Source: Macrostomum hystrix (Eukaryota; Animalia; Platyhelminthes). Taken from it: a DNA stretch of 64,000 nt. The DNA is taken from the NCBI GenBank assembly GCA_950097015.1, contig CATNEN010000033.1, positions 4,712,001-4,776,000 of the forward strand, in the 5' to 3' direction. Position numbers and translations under genes: made by a program. The notes below the pieces were generated by a model. That model was not told where the DNA came from. It made no database searches and saw only the letters and a list, made by a program, of their open reading frames with translations. This document shows positions 57,620 to 64,000 of this stretch, piece after piece; within the stretch, counting starts at the first letter, position 1; every line of letters begins with the position of its first letter.

Positions 57620-57955
57620 GGTGTGCGGGCAATGGCACATCATTTAGTGACACTAGACCCGCAGCCAGCGAGGAGGCAATTCTGCCCATTTCGCTGACTC
57701 CTGAGCACACACGCACACGGATACTGTACGCAAGCATACGCTCATACAGGTGTGTACATCTGCCCTGACTTTCTCATCGTCAGGCAGTGTACACTCTCAC
57801 TGTGCCTTGGAGGTTGGCCCTCAAAGGCGTAAATTGCACGACAAGCCCCCAAGCCTTCTCTCAGCGGCTGCGCCCCAAATGAATGTGGCCTCGCCGTGGA
57901 ATCGAACTTAGGGACCGTGGCGCGAGAGGCAAACGCGATAACCGCTCTGCCACCG
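57620..57955 (-). mobile_element. Full-length tRNA-derived SINE
   Basis: A-box GTGGCAGAGCGG (57953-57942) and B-box GTTCGATTCC on the minus strand, with a ~330-bp body. Confidence 0.82.
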
Positions 57956-58021
57956 ACCCCCCTACACGGACCGACCCTTTGCTATCGCAGAGGCATAGAG
58001 TCAATGGCAGAGACTCTGCAG

Positions 58022-58325
58022 AGTCAATGGCAGAGCGGTTATCGCGTTTGCCTCTCGCACTAAGGTCCCTCAGCTCGATTCCATTAAATTGGGGCGCAGC
58101 CGCGGAGAGAAGGCTTGGGGGCTTGTCGTGCAATCTACGCCCTTGAGGGCGTACCTCCAAGGCACAGTGAGAGTGTACACTGCCTGACGATGAGAAAGTC
58201 AGGGCAGATGTACACACCTGTGTGAGCGTATGCCCGTGTACAGTATCTGTGTGCGTGTGTGCTCGGGATTCAGCGGAATGGGCAGAATTGCCTCCTGGCT
58301 GCGGGTCTAGTGTCACCAAATGATG
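58022..58325 (+). mobile_element. Full-length tRNA-derived SINE, inverted relative to its neighbour
   Basis: A-box TGGCAGAGCGG and a degenerate B-box GCTCGATTCC. The body is the reverse complement of 57620-57955 with scattered differences. Confidence 0.82.
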
Positions 58326-60144
58326 TGCCCAAAGTTAGTCAGTAGCCAGAGGCAACTTGACAGGTTTTAAGAACTCTCCCACCCGAGTTTTTTCAACTTG
58401 CTCAGAGAAAGTGGAACAGTTTCGATATGGATATTTGAGTGTGTCCACTCCCAGTCCACTGTCCACTCCCAGTGTAGCTTGTCGGTTTTGCTACGTATCA
58501 GTTTGCAGCAACTGCTGGTAGCTTGCAAAAAAGTTTAACACACATTATCAGCCTCATATCTTCGTCAAATTCATTCTACAGTTATGCATGATCATTTTAA
58601 TGCTTTTAGACGCTCTGGTCGATCAGACACGTAGCAAGTCTGCTATCTAACAGGAATACTCGGTCAAATTAGTTTGCGTGTTACATTAAACTTGTATCGA
58701 CTGCTAAGCAGCTAACTGAAAGATTTGTGAATGCTTTGGTAAATAATTCGTATTTAGCTAATGGCAGCAATCAGGACATTTTGATCTAAATTTCTAGGAT
58801 TAGTAGATCCACTGATTGTAACAATTCCCAATCGGTTTTACTTTCCATTAAAGTTCTAATGGAATCCACCGATTAGCTGTGTTTTTCGCGACTGATACTT
58901 AACAGTAGCAAGGCTATTATGCCTCCTGGGGATAGACCACGGAGGGTATTAAGAGTCAAATATCCACTGCCTACTTCACGTTGAATATCCCGACGATACC
59001 GTTGCTTTGTGATTCTGAAAGTTGCTTCGTTGGATAGAGCGAAAATTTCTTGCCCATTTGTTAGATTTCCATGGCGATTGGCTGAATATTTTGGGAGATA
59101 CAGAAAAAAATGTGCTATTTTCCCAAATACCCTCGTTGCTTTTCTACTGTTAAAGCTTGGCTCTTGTGATAGGAAAATTTTCGAATGAAAATGCTCCCTT
59201 TGATTCTGCCTCACTGGTCAAGGTGGTCATGCTAAGATGGGGCAGAGGCTGGCTAAACAGAAGCACTCGCCATTACCTGTACCTTTGATTGTATTTTCGG
59301 ATTCCATTTTTTTCAGCTCTTTTGGCGTCTCCTTGAGACCGGTAGATTCCATCGGCGTTTGTTTTAAAATAAGTACGTCCCACTTCAGACGTCCCACTCA
59401 GGTAGCAGTCTGTAGTCGCTTCCCCATCAAGGCGTGACCATAAAAGTTATGATTCGTTTTCTAAAAGTATGTGGGTGTACACTTTCAAAATGGACTATGT
59501 ACGTCTTCACTTTTTTACTCAATTCCGAGGGACTGCAGTAGCGAACAGGCTGTATGAATTATGGATGTTGCTGAGTGTGTTGGTGAGATTGAGAACCATC
59601 AGACAATAGAACCAGCAGTAATCGAGGACATCTGCACTTTCCGAAATTTTCACAAAAAACTTTCCTAATTAATTGTTTGCCTCTAACAGACACCGCTGTT
59701 TCATAACAATATTTTACCTTCTATGTACTACTGTTAGTAATTATATGTAGGCAGGCATTCTATAAAAAGGGATAGTGGCTTTCTAACTTTCTTCTAGACT
59801 TCTAGAACATTACAACCGAAATTCAAGGAATTCTGAGCAGCTCATATTTCATTGAATTGAAAATTGCATGAAAGAATTCACCAAATAAAAAAGCCATTGT
59901 CTGAGGAAACTTAATAGCTTTTATCTAGCTTACATGCAGGTTTTGCAGCCAATTTGATAACTGCGGTCAATGAAGGCTTAGTGACGCTGGTGCACTTTCC
60001 CTTCTACAAATCGATAGCCCAGATTGACGCGCCACGCTTCATTGGTCGCATTTCGGGCGTGGCCTCGATTGACTTTGACGAGGCTATAAAAGCCAGAATC
60101 ACTTTCCTGCTAACAAGTCTGCATAGAAGAGATTCGCACGCAGG

Positions 60145-62780
60145 ATGGCAGAACAAGCAGTCGCAGTGCTCAGTTTCGTTCTGCTGCTACAGTCCGCTGC
60201 TCAATTTGTGAACTACCAGCCCAATCAGCTGATCTGCACACCTGGTGGCATTATTAACCTGGCCGTGGTCGAGAGCACACAGTTCTACTGCGACAGACCC
60301 GACACGGCGATGACCGAGTCCGTCTTCCTGCGCAACCTGGCGCCTCACTTCGCGGCCAAGCTCGTCAACGCGAACTGGAGTAGACGGGGTCTGAGCATCG
60401 GCCTGTTGCATCTTGACCCTTGCTACTCTGACCGTCGTATTGTCGACCTGTTGAAGCGGGTCAGGCCTGCATGGACCAGTCCCAATGGACTCGGCTTCGG
60501 AGGCGGATTCTGTCATCAGCAGGTAAACAGCCTCAGAGAACAGTTCTACTTTGTTCACGCAGTCATCTCTGGTTGGAGGAGCAGCGAGACACAGCTAGTG
60601 TCCAGCCAGGTGTCTCTCTACTCCATGCCTCAGGTGGGCAACGAGTGCAGCAGCGACGCTCTGTCCGACAAGTCGCTCTACCCAAACTTGTTCCGTCTGG
60701 TCGCACCAGACAGTTATCAGGCCAAAGCAGTGGTGGATCTTGTGCAGCATTTCAACTGGACACTGGTGGGCATTGTGCACAGGGACGACGTTTATGGGAG
60801 GGGCCTGCTGCAGAACACTCGACTGCTGCTGCAACAAACAACCAAGGGGCGAAGAGGCACGTGTCTAGCGTTTTCTTTTCCAGTGAACGTCTTCTTCACG
60901 ATCGAAGATTGGCATGTTCAATTGAATAAGTTTCCGCACCTTCGTGTTTTTCTAATGTTTGAAACATTCAGCAGCATTCCCAACTTTGTATTCGAGGCTA
61001 TTAGCATTCGTAATAATATAATTGTGACCACTGATACCAACTCAGTGGCTTACAAGCATTACACTTTGGGAGCGCTCTACATTTCGTTCCCGCGATTCGC
61101 CACACCCGACTTCATCCGGTTCTACCACTCACTCAATGCAAGCGAGGTTCTCGGATTCCCATGGGGAGACCGTCTGCTCAGACTGCTCTTCAACTGCTCA
61201 ACCGAGGAAGCAGCCGCATGCTGCTCAACTGGAAGCTGTCGAATCGGAGACAAGTCGAGCGTGTCGACGGACACGGTGGTGGCTCCGGTAGCCAGACTGC
61301 TTGACTCGATCAGCATCCTGGTCGCATGCATCGAGAGAGTGGCCATCATCGACTGCGCCGACGTGTGGCCGAACGTCACGGCCGTGAGTGCGTGCGTCAC
61401 CGGTCAGAAGGTGATGAGGCTGTTGTCGAATTCCAGCTTCCCGTTCATGCGAACTGGAAACGTGAGCTTCGATGCCAATGGTGATGGATCTCCGGCGTAC
61501 GAGGTTCGTCAAGAGCAGCCGGACGGTCGACTGACGAAGGTCGGGACGTGGACGGAGAGCTCGGGTCTTGTGCTGACCGGCTCGGACCTCACACCAATCC
61601 GTTGGTGGAGAAACTCGAGCTGGGACCCGCACCAACTGCAGCAGAGGGTGCCGAGCTCATTCTGCAGTGCTCCACGCAGTGCGGGTGAGATCAGACTTGA
61701 CACTGACGCCTGCTGCTTCACATGCAAGGCCTGCTTCAAGCAGGAGGTCGTGTCCGTCGACGGCAGGTCGTGCTTGTCGTGTCCCGAGTTCCACTGGCCC
61801 AGTGCAGACCGACTGAGCTGCGACCCGATCTCGGTGTACGTGTGGCGAGACGGCATGCAGTTTCCGTTGCTGCTTGCTAGTCTCGCAGTGCTGTTGATTT
61901 TCCTGCTCATTGTTTCGGCCATGTTCATCAACCAACGAGAGCACAAGCTCATCAAGGCCTCGTCGATTCACCTGTCCGTCACCTGCATGAGCGGCAACCT
62001 ACTGGGCATTGTGTGTCTGGCTCTGTTCACAGCGGACAGCTCCGATGCAGTGTGCAACGCTCTGAACTGCTCGTTCCAGCTCAGTCTGAGCGCCTGCTAC
62101 GCCAGTCAGTTGGTGAAGACTCTGCGAGTTCACCTGATTTTCTCTGCGTCCACGATGGGTCGTCCGGTTCCATGGCTCGCCAGACAGAAGCCGATGCTCA
62201 TCGCGCTGACAACTGTTATCCTTGGGATGGTGAGTCTTTTCGCACATCAGCACTTGAGCAGTAATCCTGCTGAATCAGTTTCATTGTAGGTCATTCGAAT
62301 GATCTGTTGCAGTGCGCTCTGCTCACCGTGGTGACGACACTCCGACCGCTCAGAGCGCAGCTCAACCAAATCGTGACAGATTCTCTGAAGCCGCCGTTCG
62401 TCGAGAGGAACTGCGCGATCGCGGCCACGGCGTTCTGGACGCCGCTGTGCTGCAACCTGCTCATCCTGACTGTCACCTGCGGCCTGTCGCTGAAGACGCG
62501 ATCTCTGCCCGACAACTTTCACGACACAAAGTGCATCTTGGCCAGCGGAGTTTCCGGCCTCTTCTTGTGGTCCGCCTTCGTTCCGTCCGCCCTCACGGCC
62601 AACTCGCTGACCACCGCGATGCTGCTACTCGCGTTCTCGTGCAGCCTCACCCACGCGCTGCTGCTCTCCATCCTGTTCGCGCCGAAGCTGTACGCCGTGT
62701 ACGCGAGGTCCGACGCGGAGAACAACGTGCAGTTTTACACCGATAACCATGCAACTACAGTCACGCCTTCAAGGTTTTAA
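60145..62780 (+). CDS. Class C GPCR (mGluR-like), copy 2, 2 exons, ~850 aa
   Basis: Exons 60145-62229 and 62313-62780; same architecture and same 83-nt intron as copy 1. Confidence 0.92.
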
Positions 62781-64000
62781 CTCAAGAATACGAAATTGAA
62801 GTACACCTTTTCCCACTATAAACCTTTATAAGAAAAGTTTCATCTTAGCTCTCATCTCGGCGTTGTACTAGTAAAGTACTGCCTATTAGATTCCTCCCAT
62901 GGACTCAGGAATGTTTTCAGTGAGTGCGTCCTTAGAGTTTTATCGAAGACTATTTTTGTAGTCCAGTATACTCGTAATCCTTGTTTTAAAGTCCTGTGTG
63001 AAGAAATGTGAGTAAGACTTTTTAATTCATAAAAATAATTTGTACGAGTAGATCTAAAATGTATTTACAACTGGCCTTGCAGTTGGTATATTTTTTTCTT
63101 GTGACCGGCCCCTGAGAGCTCTTTAGCATCTGGTTTAATTTTTTAAGCTAGAGTCATGAATTATGATACCTTAGGTATTTTTTGATATTCTGGTTTTGGT
63201 TGCTTTGATGACTTGAATTTAAACTGTAAGAATTTAGGGGGAAAAGTTAAAAGTTTGTGTTCTGATGTTTCTAACTGGTTTGGACTGCTGAGTTGCATAT
63301 ATTTCGAATTTGTGTCGATCCCCACCTCATCCAGTGTGCGTCGTACGCTCTCTGAAGGCCGTCGTGCGCCGTACCCTCGATGTGCCTATATTACGAATCA
63401 AAATCGTTAATGTAAAATATTACTTGAATTGTACATTCGATTGTTTCAAAGGGAGTGTCGTGACTGTGCCTAATTAAAGTGCCCAGTGCACCTTGTTTGT
63501 GAGCGAACCCCCTGCAGTTGGTTTCTTATTTTCGATCACGGCCTGCGCCGCGCTCATTTTTGACTCTGCACCTCTTCCCCCTGTTATTCTGCACTCAGCC
63601 GGCTGGTACCAGTTGTTGTACCTCCCCCCCTAGTTGTTTATGCCGTGCGCTGCGCTGATAGGCGGGGCCGTGTTTTTGGGGGTCTTGTGTCTGCCCTGGC
63701 CCCTCGTGGGTGGGGCTTTAGCCCTGTTCTCTCCCCCCAGCCGCGGCGCTATTTTTTATGGAGCACTGGAGAACACGATTACCTACGACGCCCATCACGA
63801 AATCACCGACTGCCTTGCCTCCCCTCTACGATAACTCTGCTGTTTGAGGGTCTCGACTGATTCGCAAATATCCGGCACGATCTACGGTCATCCGGCCCTG
63901 CCTGCGTCGCGCGGTTGTTTCTATACTTCTGGTTAGTAAGCCTTCGCCTCCGCGTTTGTCCTTTGTTGGGGTTAGCTTAGGTACCCTTAGGTAGGAAGTT

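Noticed and set aside
57895-58085. tRNA genes
   Set aside because: A and B boxes are present but there is no complete cloverleaf, and each continues into a shared 250-bp body, so these are SINE heads.
58160-58195. Hammerhead-like words in the SINE (CTGACGA-TGA-GAAA-GTC)
   Set aside because: No room for helix II or III, and the segment folds as a simple hairpin.
58873-59214. ORF ending GLSPGGIIALLLLSI, resembling the TM of the 26.1-kb protein
   Set aside because: No ATG or signal peptide, and the TM is too short. The DNA aligns instead to a decayed repeat at 30.3 kb, so the similarity is probably chance.
62230-62312. Apparent shared premature stop and frameshift making both GPCRs pseudogenes
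   Set aside because: An 83-nt GTGAGT..TTGCAG phase-0 intron removes the stop and restores the 7TM frame in both copies.
63634-63860. Short hydrophobic ORF near the right edge
   Set aside because: No clear signal or TM topology, splice context or homology; cannot be supported.

Overview
Eukaryotic (metazoan, invertebrate-type) genomic DNA. The evidence is short GT-AG introns, GC-rich exons and extreme minisatellite density. The style resembles the flatworm Macrostomum lignano, but that is inference only. Roughly a quarter to a third of the window is 14-36 bp tandem arrays. Supported genes: a GT32 (DXD) glycosyltransferase, a head-to-head pair of class C (mGluR-like) GPCRs, a single-exon LRR transmembrane receptor, an orphan signal-anchored protein, and five small orphan type-I membrane proteins in two families. 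One family has a two-Cys mini-ectodomain, TM, poly-Cys and (in two of three) a PPxY tail; the other has TM plus an RRR..YSxL..PLGS tail, one member being mucin-like, with a pseudogene copy. Mobile DNA: a 5'-truncated RNase H-bearing LINE, a collapsed Ty3/Gypsy relic, an internally deleted THAP/P-type DNA transposon with TIRs and a spliced open frame, a hAT-type end, five copies of a tRNA-headed SINE and a Penelope-type hammerhead-like core. Most notable: (1) the GPCR pair shares an apparently identical ~1.65 kb tract (distal Venus flytrap, Cys-rich domain, 7TM, intron) but has strongly diverged N-terminal ligand-binding halves; (2) the cluster of orphan surface proteins carries palmitoylation, ubiquitin-ligase-adaptor and endocytic tail motifs. 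No rRNA, true tRNA or CRISPR array is supported.
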